Of a stretch of 64,000 nucleotides of DNA, positions 40,241-51,665 are shown in pieces. Each line of letters begins with the position of its first letter. The first letter of the stretch is position 1. Position numbers and translations under genes: made by a program. The notes beneath the pieces were generated by a model that was given only the letters and a program-made list of their open reading frames with translations, searched no databases and was not told the origin of the DNA. This DNA is from Candidatus Bathyarchaeota archaeon (lineage in GTDB: Archaea > Thermoproteota > Bathyarchaeia > Bathyarchaeales > Bathycorpusculaceae). The DNA lies in the NCBI GenBank assembly GCA_963772455.1, contig CAVYXJ010000005.1:32001-96000 (forward strand), given 5' to 3'.

Positions 40241-43042
40241 TACTCACCTGACTTTTCAGTTCCTCCGATGTGTAATTCGCCCTCGGGAACGACACCAGTA
40301 TAGAGTGAGTTAATAATTTTTGTGTATTTTTGGGAAATAACATTGCGTTTTAGCTTTAGAGTAGGTGTCAATTCACCGTTTTCGATGCTTAAGTTGTTAG
40401 GGAGAATTGCCCATTTCTTTATTTTTTCAGGGTTAGAAAGACGCTTATTCATTTCTTCCATAGCTCTATCAATGCATTCAAGTGTCGTTTGGTCGTAGTG
40501 TTTTTTGTCAACCCATGCAAGAGCTGAGCAATAGGGCTTTGATTCACCTATTAGAATGGCTTCTGCAACATTAGGCAGTTCTCTTATCATGCCTTCGATT
40601 TTTCCAGAATAGATACATTTACCATAAGAGGTTTTAATCAGTTCTTTCTTACGACCAAAAATAATTAAGCTTCCTTCATCGGTTAATTTGCCGATGTCAC
40701 CAGTCATTAACCAACCTTCTTTTAATGGTGGCTCAAGGGTTTTATCAAAATAACCAACAGTCACCTGAGGACCCTTTACCATTATTTCTCCGTCTTCTGC
40801 TATCTTTACTTCTGTATATGGCATTGGTTCCCCTACTGTTCCAATTCTGTTTCTTCCCAGTTGATTTATAGTAGCCAAAGGAGCTTCAGTCATTCCATAT
40901 GCGTTGTGGATTTCTATTCCGAGTTCACGATATTTTTTTAGAAGGTCTTCGTCGGAGTTTGCTGAACCAGCTATCAGTTGTGTGCATTTGTTCAAGCCTG
41001 CACGTTTTAGGGTCATGTTTCGTAAAATTTTCCGGATTGATCTTTTGACTATAGCGTTGTTTGTTTTAATGTAGAATCTTCCGAACGAGTTCTTTTCCAG
41101 GGCTTCCCATATTTTTTCATAAACACGTGGAACCGAAAAGAAAACGGTGGGTTTAACGCGTGGAAGTTCGCCTTGAAGTCTTCTGAAATCTTCTAAGTAG
41201 TAAATTTCTATTGGTGCTGGGATGTAATAGGGAGAGTAAGCCGCCAAAATTCCTTCAACTACATGTCCCATTGGCAAAAATGATAGATATTTTGAAAGGC
41301 GGTTTCTGCCTTGCCAAGAGGTTATTGACACTATCGATTCAGCCATATACCTGAGGTTTGCATGTGTAAAAATAACCCCTTTGGGTTTACCTGTTGTTCC
41401 AGAAGAGTACCTTAAAGTTGCTATGTCTCCAAAACCTATTGGAGCTTTAATTGGAACTTGATTATCTTTGCCTTTAGCAAGGAGTTCTTCCCAAGAAAGA
41501 ACATGGTCTACTGGTAGTTGAAGGAGCTGGCGCCCAGCAAATCGAAATGATTGGTACGTCTGTTGTGAGTTCTGGAATTCGAGCTAAAAGACTTGGCATA
41601 CCAATAAAGAAGAGTTTAGCTCCACTTGATTTCAAAACATCATTTACATCTGAGGGCGGAGTGGTATAGTAGAGTGGAACACTAACACCTCCAACAAGCC
41701 CAATTGCAATGTCCAATGCAAAGTATCTGGAACTATTTAGGCCTGTTAAAGCCACTCTATCACCTGACATAATTCCAAGAGCTTTTAATGCACCACTTAT
41801 AGCTAAAATTTCCTTGTGCATTTCTTGGGCCGTTTTCTTTTGGATTCTGCCCTCGATTAAGTCAAAGTAGGTGATTGAGTGGCTTTTGCTATTTAGTCTG
41901 AAAAGAACTTGTTCGTGTACTGTGCGATTCGAGCGGTGGAAGAAGCTATTATATACGGCGTATTCAAGAAGTTTTGGCATTATTTCTTTCCATTTGAAAT
42001 TGTATTTTCCAAGAAGATTATCCATGTTATCTCGATTGAATTGGCGGTTCTCGCTAAAATATGGAGAAAGGGAAATTAGGGCATCTGAAACCTTTCGGTT
42101 TCCAGTGAATGCGCGTTGAAGCTTTAGAACAGTTTTCATTGAAGAAGGTGACATAGGTAAATACATTGGGTTTGGAAGTTTACATAATAATTCAGTCTTT
42201 GCCCATTTTTGAGCTAAATCCAATAGTTCTCCGAGCTTTGGAAGTGAATCGTAGGGTGCTACTATATGGAAGGTCATTCCTTGTGCTTTGGGTTCAAAGG
42301 TGAGTTGCGCTATAGACATTGCCACATAATCAACAGGAACTATGTTAATTCTTAATGATCTACTTACCGGCATCAATCGCATTTTACCCGTTAAATATAG
42401 CCGTAATGGGAAGTAGAATGTGTTAAATGTCTTAATAGCGCCTGTTTGAGAATCGCCAACGACCATTGATGGGCGAAAGATTGAAATTGGAAACTCATTT
42501 TTCATCGACTGAACTATTAGTTCTCCCTCGTATTTGCTGCGTTCGTAATTGGTTAAGAACCCTAATTTGTCAGTTAACTCTGATTCAGCGATGATTCCAG
42601 TTCTGGCTCCAGCTACATAAGCAGTGGAAATGTAAGAAAATCGTTCCAAAGAATGATTCTTGTTGGCTTCTTTGGCTAACTCCAGAACGTTCACAGTTCC
42701 TTGGACATTAGTTTTCCTAAGTTCCTCTAATGAAACAAAACGCCAATCCGCTGCAGTATGTATGATGTGAGTTACCTTTGATGCAAGATCAAGGTAGGTG
42801 GTCTCGCTTAAGCCCAAACGGCTAGAGCTAACATCGCCGTAAACAACTTCAATTCTTGTTCCAATTGCACCATTTAGTTCGGGCCAATCCCACCAATCCC
42901 GTTCGACTTTCTTTACATCTACATCTGAGTCATTTGTTCTGACTAACGCTAGAATAGTTAAGTCAGTATTTTGCAAGAGATAGCGAACTATTTGTGTTGC
43001 AATGAAGCCGTTGGCGCCTGTAACCAACACGGTTTTTTTCAT
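40240..43042 (-). CDS. Fatty acyl/thioester reductase (extended SDR) fused to a long-chain acyl-CoA synthetase-type adenylation domain (+1 frameshift near 41520-41535; about 933 aa joined)
   Basis: TGANGFIA, IIHTAA, ISTAYV and YERSK (SDR); YSSGTTGKPKG in the gap 41347-41473; YGMTE, TGDIG, GRKK and ELTPTLKLKR (ANL). Confidence 0.88.
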
Positions 43043-44265
43043 TCAAGCCACTCCGGGTAATGTGTTTCAATAAAGGCTCTGAATAATTGTAAATTACAAG
43101 TCTCGCGTTCTCGGTATTGCTCAAATCCTTTCTTAAGTTTATCCTTAACTGAATCGTAATGGTCGAAAATGTCGCCAACATCGTTACTAAGTTCCCAGAA
43201 TCTGAGTGGATCTTCATGATCAGTGAATAGCTCACTTATCTCTAAATCAGCATAGAGATCTCTAATTCTAAGGTCATGCCCTATTGCAGTCTGAGGAACA
43301 TAATTCGGAAGAGAAAGCACTGCTGCATGGTATCTTGAAGTAATTAACAACTCCAAACTTCTGAGTATGCTAGTCATTTGTGAAGCATTATATTCTATTG
43401 AAGTGAATATTTTTGTCCGTTCAGGGTGCTTCATTAATCCTTGAACTTTATTAACGAAGCTTTTGTCCAAGCCCTCCAAGCTTAAAAGTGCAATATCTTT
43501 GTCGTGCTCCATTATGATATCGTCAGCTTGCACGGCCAAAACTTTTGCGAGAACGTCACTTTTTTCAAGACTCGCCTTAGAATGCGTATAGTAGTACGGC
43601 CATCTATAACAGTATTTTTTTCGATCCCAAAGTCTAATGTGAACAGGCCAAACATAAATGTCCTCAGCTGCAACCCCAACGACGTGAGATGCTTCTGGCC
43701 AAACTCGTTTAAGTAAGCCATTATCTTGAGGGTTTGGTTGAAATGCGAAAGCATTGTCGGCTGTAACTTCAATCGGAGCGGTTACACCCCATTTTTTAAG
43801 TCGTTCAGCAGCCGACTTGGTTCTTGCCAAAATAAGGTCAGTTTTACTCGCTTCACGTCGAATCAGCCAACTATTAAAATGACTAGCTGACCCTGCATCT
43901 ACCGAGTAAGCTATGCAAGGTTTCTTCATTGAGTGAGCATATCTGGTTGCGAGCAAGTAATACCAAAGAAGGGCTGAGCCCCAGGTATCCATATAGCAGC
44001 TTCCTTCAACAAGCATGATTAAATCGTTTTCTTTTACAAATTTTCTAATATCTAAAAAGAAAAGGGAAGGTCTGATAGATTTAATTTTGAGAGATGGGCT
44101 TTCTTTGAGGTATCTTCTAAGGTTAACTTCATTTAAGGAAGGAACTGTAATGCAGGCATCAGGTCCAAGAACGGAACGTATCTCATCAATAATTACTAGA
44201 AGTTTTGCTTCTGCCCCAGTATTATTCGCACCATTATAGCCTACAAGTAAGATCTTCGGTTTCAA
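43039..44265 (-). CDS. Polysaccharide pyruvyl transferase family protein
   Basis: GYNGANNTGAEA, L.R...A, TADNAF and TSRYHA motifs. Confidence 0.85.
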   Translation of the reverse strand: MKPKILLVGYNGANNTGAEAKLLVIIDEIRSVLGPDACITVPSLNEVNLRRYLKESPSLKIKSIRPSLFFLDIRKFVKENDLIMLVEGSCYMDTWGSALLWYYLLATRYAHSMKKPCIAYSVDAGSASHFNSWLIRREASKTDLILARTKSAAERLKKWGVTAPIEVTADNAFAFQPNPQDNGLLKRVWPEASHVVGVAAEDIYVWPVHIRLWDRKKYCYRWPYYYTHSKASLEKSDVLAKVLAVQADDIIMEHDKDIALLSLEGLDKSFVNKVQGLMKHPERTKIFTSIEYNASQMTSILRSLELLITSRYHAAVLSLPNYVPQTAIGHDLRIRDLYADLEISELFTDHEDPLRFWELSNDVGDIFDHYDSVKDKLKKGFEQYRERETCNLQLFRAFIETHYPEWLE

Positions 44266-44571
44266 AGTAATCGGTTACAAAATACGCAGGCATATACTAT
44301 TTAATTTTAACTTAAAAAAATTGGAATAGCTTTTAGAACTATCGCTTTCAATAATGATATCAGTCAATTTCTTAGTAGAATAAGCAGAAGATTTCGATAT
44401 TCATAGTCATACCATAAAGAATGCAAGAGTAGCCAAGTTAGCAAAAAGTAACTTTACGTTCTCTTTTTGTAATCCTCTCCATAAGCAACCACCGATGGAG
44501 AGTACAAATAACCGAAAGACAGTTAAGCAATTGCAGCCCTGAAATTGTCTAATATAATACATTGAGCTCTA

Positions 44572-45773
44572 TTGGAGTTTAAGAAAATGACAGGACCAGA
44601 ACAAACTGACACATCATCGCAAACTAGTTTCTCTGCATCACCAGCAGCTCCCAGTGCGCCTTTAGAACTTATGCAGAAACGATGGTTCTGCATGGGCATA
44701 GAGCCTTCGGGAAAAACCTTTAAACATGAAGCTGAATCTTCGGCAACCCTTCTGGAAAAAATAAATCAATCGATGGTTACGTGGGTAGATTACATCACTG
44801 ATAATCCAATGAAAGATCTTCCTGCTGTGGCGGCTCAAATGGGTTTCAGTGAATCTTTTATTTCCAATCTTTCTTGTTGTGAACAACTAAATTATGAAGA
44901 CTTTGACAATGAGATGTGGATGAGTTTTCCCTCGGTACAGATCCGTGGAACGGAGGTTAAAGCACATCCGTTGCTTATTTTAATCAAAAAGAACATGGTT
45001 TTTACTCTGCACATGCGTTTGGTTGACAAAAGATTCATCCGACTACGAAGATACTCTGAAGCGATTCTTAGAAAAATACCCATCGACGCTAATCCAGAAG
45101 ACAAACTGACAATTCTCTTATCACGGATAATTGATGCAAACAACGACAGCAATTTTAGACATCTTCGAGTGATAGAAGAATTCGGAGACGAATTAAACAA
45201 GGATTTAATGAATCAAGATACTGACAAAGCCCAATTGGGTCCAAAAATATACATAATGAAGCATGCCCTCATCATTTACATGAACGCTCTCTGGGAAAGC
45301 GTTGACGTACTTCAAGCTATTCGATATGGGGATGCTCAACTGCTAACAGATGACCAAAAAATTGTGAACCTCTTCAGCGCGATGGTGGAGCAAGTTAAGA
45401 GCCAGATTGGATTATCAGAACACATGTCTGAGGTTTTGGCTTCAGGAATAGAAGCTACCCAAGCAATATACAATAACCAGTTAACAACAGCAAATAATCA
45501 ATTAACATATCGAACAATCAATTGACTATTCTCAATAACCGTTTTGCTAAACTTGCAGCTTACCTCACAATAGTAGGCACAGCACTTTTGATACCTAACA
45601 CCATTGCAACTATTCTGGGCAACTCTGTTTGGGTGTATGGACCAGAAAGTCTGGGGGTGTACTTGCTTTTAATGATTGGCACTACTTTAGCTGGAAGCAT
45701 CTTTATGTGGTATTGGATAAGCAAGAAAGGTCTATTGCCGCAAGACAAAGAGATCTGCACTGAACAATCATAG
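44572..45773 (+). CDS. corA: CorA-family transporter (one base missing near 45507; about 400 aa joined)
   Basis: WVDY, stalk helices, LTIVGT.LLIPNTIAT, two C-terminal TMs. Confidence 0.8.
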
Positions 45774-46070
45774 CCACCATTTTAACTTCATTTTGACTTA
45801 AAACTCAAATTAGATCGAGGTTTGAAATCTCATTGAACAAATTCTGTGGTCTAACAAAATCACTTCCTTCTCTATTATTTTATCTATACAATTTATATGA
45901 AATCAAATATTCATAAAAATTGTATTAGTAAAAAGTTAGTGCGCGAATAACAGAAGAAAAATTTTGCAATCTATTAAATAGAGTTTGAGTAAACCTTGAA
46001 TAATTTGATTCCACCTTTAAGTGCAAAAATATTATAATCTCAAAAGCTAATGCTACTTGAGTAAAGAAAA

Positions 46071-48014
46071 ATGGGTAATCACATATTCGGTTTTGTTCTC
46101 ATAGCATTTTTTCTTAGCGCTATAATCATATCAAGTGATGTTTGTGTTTTTCCAGTTAACGCCTTAACTTATGGACCGCTTTCTGGAGGTAATTCAAATT
46201 TTGGAGGAGTAGCTGATGATGCTGGTTTTTCAATCAAACTGACACGGGATACTGGTTTGATTTTTGCTGGATACACAAAGTCATTTGGCAATGGTGGCTC
46301 AGATCTCTGGTTACTCAAAACTGGTTTGTCCCCGTATACAATGCAAAATGGAGTTACAGGAGCATTCCAGAGGGAACAATGGAATGTAACTTTCGGCGGG
46401 GCTCAAGATGACGGCGCATACTCGGTTATTCAAACAGCTGATGGCGGGTACGCTGTGGCAGGGTTTACTTATTCATATGGTGCAGGCGGAAGTGACGCTT
46501 GGCTAGTTAAAACAGCAGCTGATGGTACTCTTCAGTGGACAAAAACTTTCGGAGGTCCATATAACGACGCCGCAAACTGCATCCTACAAACCAACGATGC
46601 AGGTTACTTGATAGTTGGTTATACTTCTGATGTTTCAAAACAAAGCACATGGGCAATAAAAACAGACTCCACAGGAACAATTGAATGGACTAAAACTTTC
46701 TCTGGAAAAGCAGCAAATTCAGTTATCGCCACCAGAGATGGAGGAAACGCCTTTGCCGTAGAATATGACGATTCTTTTGGGCTAATAAAAATCAACTCTT
46801 CAGGCGATGAGCTAATAAATATGAAATATGAACCTTCAGCCTTCAAAACGGCATCCGCCCAAAGCCTAGTTGAAGCCAACGATGGAGGCTACATAATTAT
46901 TGGCTGGATAAATTCCAACGACTCAAGCATACACTATACTTGGATGGTAAAGACTAATTCATCAGGAGAATTACAATGGAGTAAAACTCTCTCTGACCTT
47001 GGAGCCGCTGACATCATTAAAATAGCCAACGGCGGCTATGCATTGACTGGCGACCGTGCATTCTTAATCTTAACTGATGCAGAAGGTAACATCGAATGGA
47101 ACAAGATTAATGACGGAAACCCCTCAAACGATACCCGATACGCAACTTTATACCCAACTAACATGCAATCAATAATTGAAGCCAGCCCTAACCATTTTGT
47201 AATGACAGGCTCTGAAAATGGCGGCGAATATGTTAAAATACAGGTAAGCTGGGTTCAAGTCGCACTTAAATCAGGTGAGCAAACCTACCCACCCCAAACA
47301 ACCATTCTCTCACCAACCAACACAATTTATAACCAGAGAAATTTACCCTTAACATTTTATGTTAACGAATCAACAAAATATCTAGCCTACAACTTAAATG
47401 GTTTAACCAATAAAACGATTAATGGAAACATGACTTTAACAAATTTGCCAAATGGTGATTATTCAATAAGGGTTTACGCGACTGACCAAGACCTCAACCA
47501 TGCCGTATCACAAACTGTCCTTTTCACGATAAAAAGCACTGAGCCTTACACAGTTCCTTTAGTAACAATAGAGTCGCCCAAAAACCAGATCTATAATACA
47601 ACCCAGATAACCTTGACTTTCTCTGTGGATCAAGAAGTTGCATGGACTGCTTTTAGCTTAGATGGCCACGTCAATCAAACAACATTTCCCAATAATAACA
47701 TGTCATTTTTTGCAGCTAATGGCGAACATACCTTGACTGTTTATGCAGGACAAAGACAGGATGCAGCAGGATCAGCAACTATTAACTTCACCGTTAACGC
47801 TCCACAACCAACCATACGGAGCCAACCTTATCCACCAGTAAACTCTCAAACGCAAGAAGAGATTAATGCCTTTCTCGGAAGTATTTTGGGCGTCTTTTCG
47901 TCTTCAACATTTCTTATTGTTGCATCAGTGTTTCTAGTTGCAGCCATTTGCCTTATTATTGCCTTATTATTGATTGCGAAAAGGATGACTAAGAAAGAGC
48001 CAAATCAAGCATAA
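46071..48014 (+). CDS. Cell-surface protein: beta-propeller-like repeats, two Ig-like domains and a C-terminal TM anchor
   Basis: Signal peptide; repeated FGG..D.A.S.IQT.DGGY...G and W.VKT...G..QW; two I.SP.N..YN modules. Confidence 0.8.
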   Translation: MGNHIFGFVLIAFFLSAIIISSDVCVFPVNALTYGPLSGGNSNFGGVADDAGFSIKLTRDTGLIFAGYTKSFGNGGSDLWLLKTGLSPYTMQNGVTGAFQREQWNVTFGGAQDDGAYSVIQTADGGYAVAGFTYSYGAGGSDAWLVKTAADGTLQWTKTFGGPYNDAANCILQTNDAGYLIVGYTSDVSKQSTWAIKTDSTGTIEWTKTFSGKAANSVIATRDGGNAFAVEYDDSFGLIKINSSGDELINMKYEPSAFKTASAQSLVEANDGGYIIIGWINSNDSSIHYTWMVKTNSSGELQWSKTLSDLGAADIIKIANGGYALTGDRAFLILTDAEGNIEWNKINDGNPSNDTRYATLYPTNMQSIIEASPNHFVMTGSENGGEYVKIQVSWVQVALKSGEQTYPPQTTILSPTNTIYNQRNLPLTFYVNESTKYLAYNLNGLTNKTINGNMTLTNLPNGDYSIRVYATDQDLNHAVSQTVLFTIKSTEPYTVPLVTIESPKNQIYNTTQITLTFSVDQEVAWTAFSLDGHVNQTTFPNNNMSFFAANGEHTLTVYAGQRQDAAGSATINFTVNAPQPTIRSQPYPPVNSQTQEEINAFLGSILGVFSSSTFLIVASVFLVAAICLIIALLLIAKRMTKKEPNQA

Positions 48015-48114
48015 CACAGGAAATAATAATTATTTAGCGTATAACACTATATCTTTGAAATATTAGTCGCAGATAATTAATCCAATTAAATTAAAGAAGG
48101 ATTGGTAGGAAAAT

Positions 48115-48531
48115 ATGTTGAAAACTATTCCATTTCTTTTATTTGATGGCAACTGTGCAGAAGCAATGAACTTTTACCATAAATGCATAGGAGGAGAATT
48201 ATCATTGACAAAACTTGGAGATAGTCCCATGAAAGACATGCTTCCGCCAGAAAAACACAACAGAATTATCAATGCACACCTCAAAAACGGTGATATCGAA
48301 ATATCAGCCACCGACTGGATGGCATCCCCAGCGCTTAATCCAATAAAAGGAAACACCTTTGCCATATTTTTAACAGGCAAAACCACTGATGAATTATACG
48401 TGATATTTGACAAGCTGGCAGAGGGGGCAGACAAAAAATGGTTCCAAAAATTACATGATATGCCAATAGGAGTCTATGGGCAATTTTTTGATAAGTATGG
48501 CATTCAATGGATTTTTTTAGGAGCAAAATAG
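48115..48531 (+). CDS. VOC family protein (PhnB-like)
   Basis: P.L.FDGNC.EAM.FY, G.F.DKYGIQW. Confidence 0.9.
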   Translation: MLKTIPFLLFDGNCAEAMNFYHKCIGGELSLTKLGDSPMKDMLPPEKHNRIINAHLKNGDIEISATDWMASPALNPIKGNTFAIFLTGKTTDELYVIFDKLAEGADKKWFQKLHDMPIGVYGQFFDKYGIQWIFLGAK

Positions 48532-48612
48532 ATAATTTTAGCAAATGTCTGCTCAAATCCATGGCAAGCATTTCAGTACTGCCTTCAGAATACTTGGACA
48601 ACCCAATGATAG

Positions 48613-49323
48613 TTAGGGAAGCAGCTTTTCTCTGCGAATCAAGCGACCAATAGATAGCAACAGCGCTGATGAAGCAAGCAAAACAACTGCGGCAATAGTT
48701 AAATCAACAACTATGGCATAGCTTGGAAACACAATTGGAAGTATTAGAGCGGGAAACATTGGGAAAATGCCTACTATTACGCCTAATGGCTGGTTTGCGC
48801 CCATAGGTGTTCTCTGAAGGGAACTAAAAGCTATCATGCAGACACTCACGAGAAAAACTTCTGAGATACCGATTCCAAATGTTAGGACAGCGATACTTGC
48901 CAACACGGCCAGACTGGTTCCTAAAAGAACGCCCACAACTGTGTTTAATATTATTGCAAAAACTAGCAAGTACGTTGCAAGAACTAATGAGGCTTTTATG
49001 TAGCCTTTGAAAACGTCCAATTGGTCAAGTCCAGTTGAGAGGAGATATTCTAAGACACCGTTGTTTTTGTCATATACATAGAGCATGATTACTGGCATTG
49101 CAAATAGAACAGTTGAAAGAGACAGCAAAGCTATTGAGAGAAGTGGAAAATTGCTTGTTAAGTCAATAGGTACAGGCGAATTCACTTCGGGGGGGATTAT
49201 TGAGGGAATTATTGTCATAAGATTTGCGAGAATCACGCCATAAACAGTTGTAATTAAGCCAATGAAAATATAACTTCTACTAAGACGAATGCTTCTCTTC
49301 ATCGTAACTTGCCAAAAACTCAC
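48613..49323 (-). CDS. ABC-2 type permease
   Basis: 6 TMs, DKNNGVLEYLLS; directly downstream of the ATPase. Confidence 0.75.
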   Translation of the reverse strand: MSFWQVTMKRSIRLSRSYIFIGLITTVYGVILANLMTIIPSIIPPEVNSPVPIDLTSNFPLLSIALLSLSTVLFAMPVIMLYVYDKNNGVLEYLLSTGLDQLDVFKGYIKASLVLATYLLVFAIILNTVVGVLLGTSLAVLASIAVLTFGIGISEVFLVSVCMIAFSSLQRTPMGANQPLGVIVGIFPMFPALILPIVFPSYAIVVDLTIAAVVLLASSALLLSIGRLIRREKLLP

Positions 49324-49325
49324 AT

Positions 49326-50174
49326 TTATCCCTCCTCAAAGAACTCCTGCAATGGATTATCCAATTCACGAATCTCAATTATTTTAGCGCCCTCCGCTAC
49401 AATTCTATTAACAATCTCAGCAACTTCCTCTGAACTTTGAACAGTAACTACGAAATATCCATTTTCAAGCTTGGATTTAGGAAGCATCTTTGATAAATCA
49501 TTTAGAGCCTTGAAACCAACACGATACTGCCTGGTCTTAACATTTTCTATTTTATCAAAAAAAGTTAAGACACCATTCTTTATCACGATTAGATAGGTGC
49601 CGATTTCTCTTGCTTCATAAAGATTATGAGAAGAATATAGAACAAACTTGTTCTTGCTTAAATCAGTTAGCAATTGTCTTATTTCTTTGGAGATTTTTGG
49701 ATCCACATTCGAAGTCGGCTCATCTAAAAGGTACAGATCTCTTTCCCTCAGAAAGATCTTGCCAACAGAAACCCTCTTTTTCTGTCCTTGTGACAAAGAA
49801 ACAAATTTTTTATCGCGAAGACCTTCGAGATTTAAAATGTCAATGACATGCTCAACATCTCCACCTTCGATATCCGCATAATACTTCAAGGCGTTGTAGA
49901 CAGTCATTTCTTCTGGAAGTGCATTCAAATGAGAAAGATAAGCTACCTTCTTCCTAGCTTCTTTAGAATTAAACAGATCAGACTCATCTAGCCTGACTTG
50001 ACCAGAAAAAGGCTTTAAAATACCACAAATTGCCCTAAAAAGAGTAGTTTTTCCAGCTCCATTAGGACCCAACACAACGTAGATTGACGGTTCAGTCAAC
50101 TTTAGATTAATTTTATGAATTATTTCTTCTAGACCATACCCAGCACTAAGATCCTGAAGCTCTAGCTGCCGCAT
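49326..50174 (-). CDS. ABC transporter ATP-binding protein
   Basis: GPNGAGKT, LSQGQ, LLDEPT, SSH. Confidence 0.93.
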   Translation of the reverse strand: MRQLELQDLSAGYGLEEIIHKINLKLTEPSIYVVLGPNGAGKTTLFRAICGILKPFSGQVRLDESDLFNSKEARKKVAYLSHLNALPEEMTVYNALKYYADIEGGDVEHVIDILNLEGLRDKKFVSLSQGQKKRVSVGKIFLRERDLYLLDEPTSNVDPKISKEIRQLLTDLSKNKFVLYSSHNLYEAREIGTYLIVIKNGVLTFFDKIENVKTRQYRVGFKALNDLSKMLPKSKLENGYFVVTVQSSEEVAEIVNRIVAEGAKIIEIRELDNPLQEFFEEG

Positions 50175-50410
50175 TCTGAATTACCCTCTGCGATATCTAA
50201 TAATCATTTACTTTTAAGATCTTACCAAAGAATCGACATAATTTATGTTATTACTCAAAAAAATATGTAAGTGAGACCGTATTGAGTCCGTTTCTTTAGA
50301 ACAAAATTTGCATTTCAACTTAATGCCAGATAAATACAGTAAATTGCGGCATATCGCAATTAAAGCTCAACTAGTAAAAAATATATTCATATGTTAGGCG
50401 AATTGGGAAA

Positions 50411-50497
50411 TGGCGCGGGATGTGGGAATTGAACCCACGCGGCCTTTCGACCACGGACTTAGCAGGCCCGCCCCATACCAGGCTTGGGGAATCCCGC
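50411..50497 (-). tRNA. tRNA-Ser(GCT), intron-less, CCA encoded
   Basis: GCGGGAT/ATCCCGC acceptor stem, anticodon loop CT-GCT-AA, long variable arm, GGTTCAATT T-loop, G discriminator. Confidence 0.95.
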
Positions 50498-50760
50498 ACG
50501 CGCTCAAAACAATTTAGTTTGTGCCTATTTTGCCTGCATTCTGTAGACTGTAAGTATTCGGCTATTTTTTGTTTTCTATAAACCTCTTGTGTAATGATTC
50601 GAAAAATTAGATTTGGAAACGCCTACCAGTTTATTCTTAGGCCGTCAGTTTAAGAAATGGACTTTCGCATTAACTCTCCAATATAGTTTAAAAGGGTGAC
50701 CTTGTTAACTATTCTCTTGCAGATTTTCCTGCACTTATACAATGTCACAATGGTGGTCAA

Positions 50761-51192
50761 ATGGGGATTAAACTTTCAAAGTCCGATATAGCGTTCATTA
50801 AACAGTTACCAGTTTGCCGTCTTGCAACAGCAACCGAGGAATGTGAACCTGTTGTGAGACCTGTTTGGGCTATTTTCGATGGTGCAAACATCTACTTTGC
50901 ATCAGAACCAGACACCCCCAAACTTGAACATATAGAAGCTAACCCCCAAGTATCACTTGTCTTTGATGATTATGACGAAAAAAACTGGTCAACCATCAAA
51001 GGTATCCGTGTTCAAGGCGAAGCAGAGATCATGCTAAATGGCAAAGAATACCGCTATGCACATGACTTGCTCAAAGAAAAGTATCCCGAATACGCAAGTC
51101 CTGAAGGCAGCTGGAAAGAGGGCGATGTACCGATAATCAAAGTTACGCCAGTGTCATTCAACAAATGGGCTTCAGGGCAATGGAAAAAATAA
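50761..51192 (+). CDS. Pyridoxamine 5'-phosphate oxidase-like split-barrel flavin/F420-binding protein
   Basis: RLAT...P..RPVW, K...IEANPQVSLVFD, V.G.A. Confidence 0.88.
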   Translation: MGIKLSKSDIAFIKQLPVCRLATATEECEPVVRPVWAIFDGANIYFASEPDTPKLEHIEANPQVSLVFDDYDEKNWSTIKGIRVQGEAEIMLNGKEYRYAHDLLKEKYPEYASPEGSWKEGDVPIIKVTPVSFNKWASGQWKK

Positions 51193-51332
51193 TCCTGCCT
51201 AATTTTCATCACTTAAGCATAATGAACAAAATCTACTCCCAAGAAAACAACCAATTCCGAATTATCGCCCGTTTTCTTTTTAACCTCAACTTCTAACAAG
51301 TTTCTTATAATCCTCCAAACAATCTTGTGTCT

Positions 51333-51554
51333 ATGAAAAATTCTGAATGCACAATCTACATCTTTTACAAAGATAAATGGCTGCAGAAATTTAGAAAAGA
51401 ACAGGATTGTTGGAAACTTTACAGTCGAAACGGGACAGTACGTCCATGCACTGCAGAACAATTTATCTCTCATCTTCTTCCACCGTTAGCTGGAATAAAA
51501 GGCCCAAACGTAACGGTAAAGGTAGAGCCAGACAAAATTGAAAACAAAAAATAA
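51333..51554 (+). CDS. Hypothetical small protein
   Basis: 73-aa ORF from ATG 51333. Confidence 0.5.
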   Translation: MKNSECTIYIFYKDKWLQKFRKEQDCWKLYSRNGTVRPCTAEQFISHLLPPLAGIKGPNVTVKVEPDKIENKK

Positions 51555-51665
51555 TTTACAACCTAGAAACGCATAGGAAATAAATAAGCCAAAAACAAAC
51601 ACCCAATAGTTTATAACGAAAAGCTTATCCCCAAAATACCACTAATAAAGTCTGAGGGCTGAAGG

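Noticed and set aside
9719-45512. Programmed ribosomal frameshifting as the explanation for split genes
   Set aside because: Sites share no slippery sequence or stimulatory structure and hit unrelated genes; assembly error is simpler
50200-50760. Integrated element at tRNA-Ser
   Set aside because: No duplicated tRNA 3' end and no integrase seen in the window
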